DNA of 64,000 nt from Longimicrobiales bacterium (GTDB lineage: Bacteria; Gemmatimonadota; Gemmatimonadetes; Longimicrobiales; Gaopeijiaceae). The stretch covers positions 896,001 through 960,000 of the forward strand of contig CBDFIQ010000002.1 in NCBI GenBank assembly GCA_965248195.1, read 5' to 3'. Both the position numbers and the translations under genes were made by a program. Of this stretch, positions 48,820 through 58,633 are shown piece by piece (the stretch's first letter is position 1; every line of letters starts with the position of its first letter). The notes beneath the pieces are model-generated. The model made no database searches, had not been told where the DNA came from, and worked only from the letters and a program-made list of their open reading frames with translations.

Positions 48820-50151
48820 TTGCTTTTTACGAAAGTCCTCGGCGATCCTGCGAAATGTGATTGGAGAACGCGGCTGGCTTTGAGTGATACGAGACCCGTA
48901 GGCCAATTTCCTCCTGCGATGGCCCCACGTGGGGTCGCGGGTGCGGCACCAGGACAGAACGCCGATCAGTCGAGTTACGACCTCATCCTGGTCGTGGAAT
49001 ACTTTCGCACTATGACCGCCTTCGTGTCCATCATCAAACACCTCAGCGGCCAGTATCGAATTGGCCTCTTCCAGGTAACGATCGATCCCCACCAGCTCTC
49101 GAAGCAACCCGCTGCCCAAGAGCAGTTTGTCCGGCTCTGTGTCGAATCCGGTGCTGAAGTCGTCCCGAGCGGCCCCGTTTACACCAAGGTTCTTCTCGTG
49201 CCGCAGCGGCCCTACCGTGCCGAATCACTGCACGCCATTCGCGACAACGTTCGCGCTGAACGAACGCTCGGAGCACTTTCCTTCGCCTTTGGCGGCCAAA
49301 CCAAGCACGATGCTTTCCTCACCGAATGCTCGGTCGACAAAGTGCTCATGATCGACCGACGCTTAATCGAATTCCTGTTGGATCACCGGGGCAGAAGAGA
49401 CGCGTACGCGACGCTGGAACTCGCTGAGGTCGGGCTCCCGTACCGACAGTATCCGATTTTTCCGGATTTCACGGCAGATTACATACTTGCCATCCCGACA
49501 CCGTTCAGCTTCCCTCACGAGCGAGACAAGTGGCAGTTTCTCGAAGCGGTTCTTTCGTTGTTCGGGGAAATGAACCCGTGCGATACCGTCGTGCACAAAC
49601 CCCACAACGGCATGGATCACGACCAGTTTTCGACGATGGTGTACCGGCGAGTGGCGCACCTTCTTGGTTGGATCCCCGGCGCTGCAATCGCGTTTAGGTG
49701 GATGGGCACTAACGCCCCAAAGACGCTGCGGGCGCACTTTGGCAAACTCTACACGGCATACATGTACGAGCGGGTTCTCGCCCGCACCATCTCGCTGGCA
49801 AACCTCACGGACTCAAACGACTTGGCTCTCGAAGCCTTTCTCCCAGGCGTGCGCAAGGGCGTGATCGGCGGGTTGAGTAACACCATATGGGGCGCCCTCC
49901 ATGAGCGTGTTCCGTATTACAACTGTGTCGACATTACTCGACAGCGGCCCGAAGAGGGCGATCGGCTGTACGGGAAAAAACAGCCCGAGCGTGCGCTCGG
50001 TCTCACCCTCGAGTTCTTCGAGGTGCCGTTCTGCGGTGGCAAACTCACCTTCGACTCGAAATACTTCGACATCGTCGCCGACTCCAGCCGCCAGGGTGAT
50101 TTGATTGCGGAAATCGAGAACGAAATCGCCACCGTTCCGAACGCCCACTAG
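48820..50151 (+). CDS. Hypothetical protein, possibly a divergent GT-B transferase (start uncertain)
   Basis: Long in-operon ORF with HKPH and SNTIW motifs; precedes neuA. Confidence 0.5.
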   Translation: MLFTKVLGDPAKCDWRTRLALSDTRPVGQFPPAMAPRGVAGAAPGQNADQSSYDLILVVEYFRTMTAFVSIIKHLSGQYRIGLFQVTIDPHQLSKQPAAQEQFVRLCVESGAEVVPSGPVYTKVLLVPQRPYRAESLHAIRDNVRAERTLGALSFAFGGQTKHDAFLTECSVDKVLMIDRRLIEFLLDHRGRRDAYATLELAEVGLPYRQYPIFPDFTADYILAIPTPFSFPHERDKWQFLEAVLSLFGEMNPCDTVVHKPHNGMDHDQFSTMVYRRVAHLLGWIPGAAIAFRWMGTNAPKTLRAHFGKLYTAYMYERVLARTISLANLTDSNDLALEAFLPGVRKGVIGGLSNTIWGALHERVPYYNCVDITRQRPEEGDRLYGKKQPERALGLTLEFFEVPFCGGKLTFDSKYFDIVADSSRQGDLIAEIENEIATVPNAH

Positions 50152-50154
50152 CCG

Positions 50155-50913
50155 TTGTCCCAGGACGCCCCAGCGCTTCCCCACAACGTGAACGCGAAAT
50201 CGGTCCTCGGGTTGATTCCGGCCCGTTCTGGGTCCAAGGGAATACCGCAAAAAAACATCATCCCGCTGGGTGGTCGCCCGCTACTCGGCTGGGTGTGCAG
50301 TGCGGCGGCCAACACGCCTTCACTCGACGAGGTGGTCCTCTCGTCCGACAGTCGGGAGATCATCGATGTCGCGCGAGAATTCGGCGTCGACGCTCCGTTC
50401 ATGCGACCCGGCTCTCTGGCGCGCGATGATACGCTCATAGTGGATGTCCTCGCTCACGCCCTCGATTGGTTCGCGCAGCATAAACAACGCGAATTCGACT
50501 ATGTGTGTCTTCTACAACCCACCGCCCCACTCGCGACGAGCGACGATTATCAGGCCGCGATCGAAAAGGCCATCGACAACGACGCCGATACGGTCATTTC
50601 CGTGTACCGGTGCAGTCAAAAACATCCAGCAATCATGTACACGCTGGACGAGAACGGCGCCGCGGATTGGTTCGTGAAGAACCTCGGATGGAGCCGCATG
50701 GCTCGGCGGCAGGATCTGCCTCCGGTCTACATGCTTAGCGGGATTGTTTACGTCTTTAGAGCCTCGATGATCCTCGAACGCCAACAACTCTACGGCTCCC
50801 GAATCTACGCCATCGAGATTCCGGAGGAACGGGGCGCGGTGGACATCGACACCCCCATCGACGTCAAGCTCGCGGAGATCACGCTCCAGGAACTCGGCTA
50901 TTTGAACTCGTGA
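50155..50913 (+). CDS. neuA: CMP-nonulosonate synthetase (acylneuraminate cytidylyltransferase)
   Basis: IPARSGSKGIPQKNI, SSDS, LQPTAPL, RRQDL, DIDTPID. Confidence 0.92.
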   Translation: MSQDAPALPHNVNAKSVLGLIPARSGSKGIPQKNIIPLGGRPLLGWVCSAAANTPSLDEVVLSSDSREIIDVAREFGVDAPFMRPGSLARDDTLIVDVLAHALDWFAQHKQREFDYVCLLQPTAPLATSDDYQAAIEKAIDNDADTVISVYRCSQKHPAIMYTLDENGAADWFVKNLGWSRMARRQDLPPVYMLSGIVYVFRASMILERQQLYGSRIYAIEIPEERGAVDIDTPIDVKLAEITLQELGYLNS

Positions 50914-52046
50914 CTACGAGACCCAAGCGGATCTTGTTTCTCTCCAAGGATCCGGGGGCCGTAAACGCACTTCTTCCGGTCATCGAGCTGATGAAGCGCC
51001 AAAACAACTACGAGCCCCTCGTCGCGTCACACCCCTTATCCCGGCACATGTTCAAGCTGAACGATATTCCCTCGCTTCCCTTCGAGCGGTTCGGGTACCC
51101 GGAAGAAAAGACGTCGTGTTTTCTCAACATCGTAGAGCATTGCCGCCCCGATGTCGTGGTCACCGGCACCAGTCGGCCCTTTTCGGACGAACCGGTCACT
51201 CCCGAGCAACATACAACGGCCGTAGCCAGGGCGAAGGGTATCACGAGCATCTGCCTCCTGGACTTCTGGGGCGATTATCTGGAGCGATTCACGTCGGACC
51301 GCGCGACCCTCGCGAACGAGTTTACACCGGATATCATCTGTGCCCTCGACGCTCTGTCCCGCGAGCGTCTTCTCGCGATCGGGATTCCTGAAGAACGCGT
51401 CGCGGTCACGCACAACCCTCACTTCGACCGCGTCGTTCACTACTGGCACACTTTACAAGGGTCCGACCGTGGGGCCGCCGACCCTGATCAGCTCAACGTA
51501 CTCTTTGTCTCACAACCGCTGAAGGAGAATCGGACTAGAAACGATCTCGGGTACGACCAGCATTCGACGTTCCGCCACCTCCTGAGCGGCCTGGACCTCG
51601 TGAAAGGATACCCACGCAAACGTGTCATCGTGTGGCTCCACCCCAAAGAACCGCCCGAAGCCTGGTCGACGGCGGCGTCTGTATCGTCCGACGATGTCGA
51701 GGTCGTGTTTGGTCAGGAGCGGGGTGCAGACGTCATGCGCTCGGTAGATGTTCAGGTGACCGCTTATTCGACCATGATCTACGAGGCTTTGCACTACGGG
51801 ACCCCGGCCATCAGCATCCAGATCGGCCTGAAGCAGCCAGACCACGTCATCACCAACGAACTGGGTCTTACCATCCCCATCTACACACCAGAGGATCTGC
51901 GCCGGGTGTTTTCCGACCTCGACCTCGCTCGATGGAGAGCCTACTCTTCGGCCCGTCGGGCAGAAATGGAATCGGATGGCATTTTCTTCTCAGACGGTCG
52001 CGCCACGGCGCGAGTACGGCAAATCATCGAGGACACGCTCACGTAG
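50910..52046 (+). CDS. GT-B fold protein, candidate nonulosonate transferase
   Basis: DPGAVN, LDFWG.Y..RF, NPHFD, LFVSQP, LHPKE, STMIYEA. Confidence 0.6.
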   Translation: MTTRPKRILFLSKDPGAVNALLPVIELMKRQNNYEPLVASHPLSRHMFKLNDIPSLPFERFGYPEEKTSCFLNIVEHCRPDVVVTGTSRPFSDEPVTPEQHTTAVARAKGITSICLLDFWGDYLERFTSDRATLANEFTPDIICALDALSRERLLAIGIPEERVAVTHNPHFDRVVHYWHTLQGSDRGAADPDQLNVLFVSQPLKENRTRNDLGYDQHSTFRHLLSGLDLVKGYPRKRVIVWLHPKEPPEAWSTAASVSSDDVEVVFGQERGADVMRSVDVQVTAYSTMIYEALHYGTPAISIQIGLKQPDHVITNELGLTIPIYTPEDLRRVFSDLDLARWRAYSSARRAEMESDGIFFSDGRATARVRQIIEDTLT

Positions 52047-52087
52047 CAAGCGTTTCGTACGTCGCTCCAATCACGTCAGCGTCTTAC

Positions 52088-53068
52088 TCATCCCACGCCA
52101 ACCTCGTCATACATCTTGCTGAACGACTCTTCTACCGTGAAAGGCGGGTCCCATCCGAGAACCTCTCTAGTGTGCGAGATGTCGATCTCGAAGTTACCGC
52201 ACAGCTTCTCCACAGCGGACTCACGCCCTATTGATCGCGCCATCAACCAGAGCACTCTATAGGGAACGGCAATGAGCCGCGCTTTCTTTCGTTTTCCCTT
52301 GGCTATCAGCCTGATCACTTCCGGCGTGGATATCGCCTGACCATCAGACACGACAAAGACCCCACCCTGGGCTCTCGGGTTCATGAGACAGCATCCGATG
52401 AAGTCGCACAGATTGTAGATGCTGACCCAATCCCGCCTGTTGCGAATGCTCGCCAAGGGCAGCGGGATCCCGACGCCCACGAGCCTCTCCAGCCGTGCGA
52501 AGTTCCCCCGTGCGCCGGGCCCATACACCAACGGTGGTCTGACGATCGTCAGGGCAGTCGCGGAGGCCTCGCTCAATCTCGTTAGCGTTTCCTCAGCCTC
52601 CAATTTGGTGAGTGAGTACACCTCCGCCGGTTGGGGCTTCTCGAGATGCCCGTATGGCCTTACCGAGGCGCTACCAAATATCCCGACCGAACTCAGTTGA
52701 ATGAATTGCCCTATCCTACGTGCATCGCAGAGCTCGTAGAGTGCTCCCGCAAAATCCACATTGGTCTCTTGATAGAGACTCTCGCTGTCGGCTCGCTCGC
52801 GAAGTTGATGCGTGCGGCCAACGAGGTTGATCACAGCATCGTGGGCTGCAATCAAAGCTTCGAACCGATCAATGTTGAATAGGAATTGCGGATCGTAGTG
52901 TTCCTTGAGGGCCAAAGCAGAGAAGCTGGAAACTCGTCTCCGCGACAGCGTCGACACATCACTTCCTTCGTCACACAGATGACGTGCTAGATGTTGCCCA
53001 ATGAACCCTGAAGCCCCGACAATCAGCACGCTGCTCACGCCGTCCAACCCGAGCTCAGATCCACCCAC
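52088..53068 (-). CDS. NAD-dependent epimerase/reductase (WbpV/WbpK-like)
   Basis: GASGFIG, YSLTKLEAE, RPPLVYGPGARGNF, PLPLASIRNRR, VSDGQAIST. Confidence 0.85.
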   Translation of the reverse strand: MGGSELGLDGVSSVLIVGASGFIGQHLARHLCDEGSDVSTLSRRRVSSFSALALKEHYDPQFLFNIDRFEALIAAHDAVINLVGRTHQLRERADSESLYQETNVDFAGALYELCDARRIGQFIQLSSVGIFGSASVRPYGHLEKPQPAEVYSLTKLEAEETLTRLSEASATALTIVRPPLVYGPGARGNFARLERLVGVGIPLPLASIRNRRDWVSIYNLCDFIGCCLMNPRAQGGVFVVSDGQAISTPEVIRLIAKGKRKKARLIAVPYRVLWLMARSIGRESAVEKLCGNFEIDISHTREVLGWDPPFTVEESFSKMYDEVGVG

Positions 53069-53152
53069 CCCACTTCCTCCAATAGATGACGGTTGCCCTG
53101 ACGGTTTCCCACCACAGCATCAGGTCTCTGTGGGTGCCCCGGGGCTGGCGCT

Positions 53153-53227
53153 CGGTCTCGGCACAAGCGCGGCGAGTCGCGCGATGAAATCCTCGGGGCC
53201 GAGCATGAGTTGGTGCGTGGTACCGTC
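53153..53227 (-). pseudogene. Short relic of an IS91-family (Y2) transposase
   Basis: Minus strand reads DGTTHQLMLGPEDFIARLAALVPRP. Confidence 0.65.
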
Positions 53228-53277
53228 GCAGAGGTGAAAAGCACCTCAATTGGCTCAGCTAGCCGACCTTCACGACA

Positions 53278-55029
53278 CTAAGTCCGCACCTCAGACGTCG
53301 CCCTATCATCCAAATCAATCGCTATGTCTGCATGAAGTTCACTCCCTGGACGATGGGAAGTTTGAATAATGGTCAAATCGTGATTCTCAAGCCTTAATCT
53401 ACTAATGATGTCTCTCTCGATTTCTGCTTCAAACGAAGAGGTAGCTTCGTCAAGTATGATCACAGATGGCTTTCTGATGAGTGCTCTGGCAATAGCGATT
53501 CTCTTGCGCTGGCCTCCAGAGAGAGTATATCCGCGATCCCCCACCAAGGTATCCAGTCCCTCGGGCAGTTCATCGATAAAATCCATGCACCCTGATATCT
53601 CGCATACCTTCAACGCTTCCTCTGTCGAAGCTGAATTACATCCCAACATGATATTCTGCAAAATGGTCCCATGGAAAAGAGCCGCATCTTGACTCACGTA
53701 ACCAAATAGATTTCGCCACATCGTTAGATCATATTCATTGATGTTCCTACCGTTCACACAGATTTCACCGCGTTCCGGGGCTACTATTCGTAGAAGTAGA
53801 TCCAGAACGGTCGACTTTCCCGAACCCGATTTTCCTCCGATAAACGTATTTTTACCCTTAGGGATGGTAAGACTAAAGTGGTTGAACAGGCTCAAGTCTT
53901 TTTCATAGGAGAATGACACATCATTGAACACAATATCAGACTCGAGTGTCTCAATGGGATGGTTATTCGTCTGAAGAAGACGGTCATCATCAGGACGAAT
54001 TCGGGACATGTCGGTGACAATGCGGAGAGAGTTGAAATCTTGCCACGCCTTTATTTTTGCCGTGATGGTCTGGGTGCCAGCTGTAATTAATTTGTACCAA
54101 GCTACAAAGAAAAAAATCATGACTGGCAATACTTCAACCAAATCCAATCCGTCAATAGTCGTTGACAGGAACAGCAAGCTCACCAACGCCAGCACAGCGA
54201 ACATTTCACCTAAAACTCTTGGCAAATTCTGAAATATCGTCATCCTTATGAACAAGGACTTGATCTTACCCAAAACGCCCAAGGTCAGCGAAATCCGCTC
54301 TAACTCTACTGCCAATATCTTAATGTCTTTAAGGTGATCAAGACTTTCAGACATCGAAGCGGATAATTCCTGGTTATAAGCCGACTTGAATCTAGAATGC
54401 TCCACAGCCGTCCCATAAAAATACTTTTGAATCAACAAAACAAAGAAAAAAGAAACACCCAAGAAGGCTACCATTACTTCCCAATTCACCATGAGGCCAA
54501 GTAGAACGAGAAGCGACGTGAGCATGAAAGACGACAGATAGGATATGTATGTGGTAATGAATCGGGCGGCTGTGAGTGGTTCAATAAGCCAGTTGTTAAG
54601 AATAGCCCCGGGTTCTTTTTTTATGAATTCCACATAAGTGCCATACATAATATTCTGCCCGATTCTGTCGCACCAATGAGCACGCATGAGCTCAGCAAGA
54701 TGTCGAGAGTAAGCAAAATTCAGAATATTGAACGTGGATTTTACTATCACCAGGAGGCCCATGAATGTAGACAGAACCACTAGTCTCGATTCTGGCGACA
54801 AAGCAGCAAATCCAGGATAAATTCTTGTTAACGATTGATCCTCAATGTCAACCGATAGAATTGACTGGAAAATGGGGAGGATCATGCCAATTCCTAAGAA
54901 AGTCAGCACCGTATCCACCAAGACGATGGAAAGAAGGAGAACAAACTTCTTCCTAAACGAAGACATTGAGGACCAAACGTAACTCCAGCTCGGCTTCGTG
55001 GCTTTTTGGCTCAACGGTTCATTTCTCAT
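53278..55029 (-). CDS. ABC transporter, fused TMD+NBD (PglK/MsbA-like glycan flippase), AT-rich
   Basis: GKSGSGKST, GYVSQD, LSGGQRKRIAIARA, ILDEATS; N-terminal TMs. Confidence 0.88.
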   Translation of the reverse strand: MRNEPLSQKATKPSWSYVWSSMSSFRKKFVLLLSIVLVDTVLTFLGIGMILPIFQSILSVDIEDQSLTRIYPGFAALSPESRLVVLSTFMGLLVIVKSTFNILNFAYSRHLAELMRAHWCDRIGQNIMYGTYVEFIKKEPGAILNNWLIEPLTAARFITTYISYLSSFMLTSLLVLLGLMVNWEVMVAFLGVSFFFVLLIQKYFYGTAVEHSRFKSAYNQELSASMSESLDHLKDIKILAVELERISLTLGVLGKIKSLFIRMTIFQNLPRVLGEMFAVLALVSLLFLSTTIDGLDLVEVLPVMIFFFVAWYKLITAGTQTITAKIKAWQDFNSLRIVTDMSRIRPDDDRLLQTNNHPIETLESDIVFNDVSFSYEKDLSLFNHFSLTIPKGKNTFIGGKSGSGKSTVLDLLLRIVAPERGEICVNGRNINEYDLTMWRNLFGYVSQDAALFHGTILQNIMLGCNSASTEEALKVCEISGCMDFIDELPEGLDTLVGDRGYTLSGGQRKRIAIARALIRKPSVIILDEATSSFEAEIERDIISRLRLENHDLTIIQTSHRPGSELHADIAIDLDDRATSEVRT

Positions 55030-55360
55030 TTTTCTAACGACAGATCCACCCACTTCTCGATTTCGATTTCCCCACACTACGTATGCCCCCAACTCCACCG
55101 ATCCCAAGATATAGTGGGTGAGCTAATGATCTCAATGGGTTATAGTTCGGTGCGCGAGTGGCTAGGTTCGAGCGCCCAGGGATTGACTCCAGATGGATGC
55201 TGTCGGGTTCAATGATGTCCCATAGCGGAGGCGGGGCTTGATGTGTGGAATTGCGGGCGTCATCAATTTCAAAAGACCCCCAATTGGTGACGTAAGATCA
55301 ATGATCAATTTGATTAAACACAGAGGGCCCGACGCTCAATGTGTGTATGAGGGGGAAAAC

Positions 55361-56736
55361 GGTCAAGTCCCGATTTGTGTGTAAAAGCGGAGGAAGCTCC
55401 TCGCCTTCGGCTAGGCTGCTTGGGCGACCTCCTGTTTCTGGAGGAGTGAGAGGTCGAGGTAACGCCGGTCGCCCCAGACGTGTGTGGTCCTGAGTGCGAC
55501 GGCCGTGATGAGCCTGAGGGCGCTGGCCCGGTCCGGGAAGGCGCCGGCGGCCTTGATCCTGCGTTTGATCTCGCCGTGCAGCCGCTCGAGGCTGTTGGTG
55601 GTACGCAGCCGGGGCCAGTGCGCCTCGGGGAACGCGTAGAACTGCGTCGCTGCCCCGAAGCCCCGCTCCAGGACCTCCACGGCCTCGGGCAGCTCCTTCT
55701 TCCAGCGTGCGCCGAACTCGCCCAGGAGCTTCTTCGCCTCGGCGAGTCCGGATGTCTGGAAGATCACCGAGACCTCACGCGCCACGCGCTTGCGTAGGCG
55801 GTGGGGGACCCTCGCCCCCACATTACGCTGCAGATGGACCGTACACCTCTGACGGCGTGCCTCGGGCAGGAAGCGGCGGACCGCAGCTGCCAGGCCTGCG
55901 TGCTCATCGGCGATCACGAGCTCGACACCGCCGAGGCCGCGGTCCTGGAGTTGCTCGAGGAGCTCCGACCAGCTCTGCTGCGACTCCTCAGCGCCCAGCG
56001 TGACGGCCAGGAGCCGTCGGTGACCCTCAGGGCCCACTGCATACGCCACGAGCGCACTCACGTTCTCGACTTTGCGGGCCCAGCGGGCGTCCAAGAACGT
56101 GGCGTCCAGGTACAGATAGGGGTGAGGCCCCTCGATCGGCGCACGGCGCAGCCCTTCCACGGCCTCGTCGAGCCGTTTTGCCACACGACTCACCGTCGAG
56201 CGCCCAACACGCTCGCCCATCAGCGCCTCGGTGACGTCGCCCATCTTGCGCTGTGACACGCCGCTCACATACGCCTCGACCATCATCTCGTCGAGCTCGG
56301 GGCTCCTGCGCTGGTAGCGGCCGATCACGTCGGCCGGCGAACCGTTGTCCCGGCTCCGGGGCATGGCGACCTCGATCTGCCCCAGGCTCGTCAGCAGCCG
56401 CCTCAGGTATGTGCCGTTCCTATGGTCCTTCCGGCTTCCCACCCGCTCGAAGCGGCGTGCACCTACCATGGCCTTCAGCTCCTCTTCCAGCACCATCTCG
56501 AGCGTCAGCCGGATCGCGCCTTGAAACAGCTCGCGCAAATCATCGCGTAGCTCGTCTTGCGTGGCCCGACCGATCTCCACAATCTCTTGCATCGGAAGCT
56601 CCTCTCCGGTTCCGAGCCTGCTCTGCAGACCCGGACTCCCGGGTTCATGTGACAGTGAACAACAACAGAGGAGCTTCCGTTTTTCTTTCCCTCCTGTCCA
56701 GCTTATCCGCTTTTACACAAATCTAGGGACACTACC
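55361..56736 (-). mobile_element. Complete IS256-family element (1376 bp) with imperfect IRs and 8-bp TSD GGGAAAAC
   Basis: Ends read GGTCAAGTCCCGATTTGTGTGTAAAAGCGGA and (reverse complement) GGTAGTGTCCCTAGATTTGTGTAAAAGCGGA. TSD at 55353-55360 and 56737-56744. Confidence 0.96.
55411..56592 (-). CDS. IS256-family transposase
   Basis: RNGTY.R.L.T..G, GVSQRK, YLYLDA, VIADEHAGL, QRCTVHLQRN, RTTNSLER...EIKRR, FP. Confidence 0.96.
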   Translation of the reverse strand: MQEIVEIGRATQDELRDDLRELFQGAIRLTLEMVLEEELKAMVGARRFERVGSRKDHRNGTYLRRLLTSLGQIEVAMPRSRDNGSPADVIGRYQRRSPELDEMMVEAYVSGVSQRKMGDVTEALMGERVGRSTVSRVAKRLDEAVEGLRRAPIEGPHPYLYLDATFLDARWARKVENVSALVAYAVGPEGHRRLLAVTLGAEESQQSWSELLEQLQDRGLGGVELVIADEHAGLAAAVRRFLPEARRQRCTVHLQRNVGARVPHRLRKRVAREVSVIFQTSGLAEAKKLLGEFGARWKKELPEAVEVLERGFGAATQFYAFPEAHWPRLRTTNSLERLHGEIKRRIKAAGAFPDRASALRLITAVALRTTHVWGDRRYLDLSLLQKQEVAQAA

Positions 56737-58502
56737 GGGAAAACATAACATTTGGTCATGCGCGGCTTCGCATTCTTGATCTTAATTCGAGAGCTGACCA
56801 GCCTTTTTTTAATCATGATCGATCTGTTGTAGTCGTATTCAATGGCGAAATATACAACTACAAGGATCTAAAAAAGGATTTACCGGATTATCAGTTCAAA
56901 ACGAGCTGTGACACAGAAGTCATTCTTGCTGCATACCAGAAGTGGGGATTGAAGTGCCCGGAGCACTTCGTGGGCATGTTTTCCTTTGTACTATACGATT
57001 TCAGAAAGAGGCAAGCCTTTGGCGCTCGTGACCGGTTTGGAATTAAGCCCTTTTTCTACACTATTGATGATGGCCAGTTTGTGTTTTGCTCAGAAATCAA
57101 AGGCCTTCTTCCTATCGTTAGGAATTTTCGGCCAAACTATGACGTCATTGTTGATTACCTGTACGAACGTGATTTCGAGAAGAGTCGAGAGACATTCTTT
57201 CGCGATGTCGTTCAGTTGTTGCCCGCTCAATATTTTGTTCTAAACGAAAACGACTTCCATGTAGATCATTACTATAACCTCGAGTGCACAGATAGCGGCG
57301 CAAACATCGATCAGATTGAAGCAGCTTCAACGCTGAGGGAATTGTTAACAAAAAGCGTATCCAGGCGAATTCAGAGTGATGTCCCTGTTGGTCTTTATTT
57401 TAGCGGTGGGATTGATTCAACGGCAATCGGTATTGGTATCAAGGAAGCTTCGCCACTTGCGAAGATGAGATCCTATACCGCTGTTTCCGAAAATGTGCCG
57501 CAAGACCACAAGAATATCATTATGGAAATGGCTAATGAGTTGAATCTGAATAATAGGATGCTTGGGAGTGAACCTGAAAATCCGTCGATGCTATTAAGAA
57601 GGTTGATGTGGCACATGGAGATGCCATTCACTTCTTCGGTGATATGCGACGATATCCTAAACTCAGCAGCCAAGAAAGATGACATTACTGTGGTTATTGA
57701 GGGTCAGGGATCGGATGAATCACAAGCTGGCTACGTGCATTATTTCGTTCCATATCTGATCGATTGTTTGGCAAAGACGGATTTGAGCGCTCTGAGGGAT
57801 TGTGTCAACAATCCTCCACAACACCTAAAACACAAACTGTTTCGTAGCGCGTTGATGCGCAGCCTAGTGGAGATCTTGAGATATTCTCATTTGTACGATC
57901 CCATCAAGAGACTTAATCCGCCAGCCATCCACGAGCTTGTTGGCGAAGAATTGCAGGAGATTTATCTGTCAAAGGAAATGGAGCGTGGACCCAGTGAAGT
58001 ATCGTCTTCACGGCTGGTCAATTATCAACACCATGACATGGGTTCAAAGTTACAGCGTGTGCTTAGGACGAAAGATCGAATTTCCATGTCCTATAGCAGG
58101 GAGCTTAGAGTTCCTTTTCTAGATCATGAACTGGTGGATTTCATGTTTAGTCTGCCTAACCATTTCAAGATCCATAAGGGAAGGCAGAAAGACTTGCTCA
58201 TTCGGGCGCTTCAACCAGAATTGCCGGAGTTGTGTTACTCAATGGGCAAGAATGATCTGTTGAGGGATAAACTGACTTCAAGAGCTCGAACGACTCTTCG
58301 GAAGGACAATATCTTTACCCTATCTTCGGAGCAGGCGGAAGGCCGGAGATTGTTTGCTGACAGCGTGTTTTCTAATCTACCCGAATCTAGTCGGATGAAT
58401 GGTGGTCTATATTGGAGGATTGGTCAGGTTGAGCTGTGGCATCAAATGTTCATCGATCAGCAAACCAGCCTGCATTCTTAGCAGATATAGAATCGTCAAC
58501 AA

Positions 58503-58633
58503 CCTCGGGTGAAGCGTTCGATATTTATACTCTGACGAAACCGCGCTGGTAGCAGGCTTTCTCGGTTCCGACGTCGTAATTCGGGCAGATGGGCGGCAGC
58601 CCAGGCCATCGCATTCACGAGCTCCTCATCGGT
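58503..58633 (-). pseudogene. Diverged duplicate of the 3' end of the GT4 gene at 61465-62571
   Basis: Aligns with about 61478-61608 (AAGCGTTCGATATT, TACTCTGACGAAACCGC, CGGTTCCGACGTCGTAA, GCAGCCCAGGCCATCGCATTCACGAGCTC). Confidence 0.85.

Larger units (their letters stand above)
55241..58481 (+). pseudogene. asnB: Asparagine-synthase-family amidotransferase interrupted by IS256 after codon 40
   Basis: MCGIAG..HRGPD at 55241-55360 resumes in frame at 56745 (GHARLRILDL, NGEIYN, RDRFGIKP, SGGIDS, ELRVPFLDH); about 618 aa when rejoined. Confidence 0.92.

Noticed and set aside
1..56736. Bona fide composite transposon
   Set aside because: Copy 2 has its own matched TSD inside asnB, indicating independent insertion; the outer end of copy 1 is not visible.
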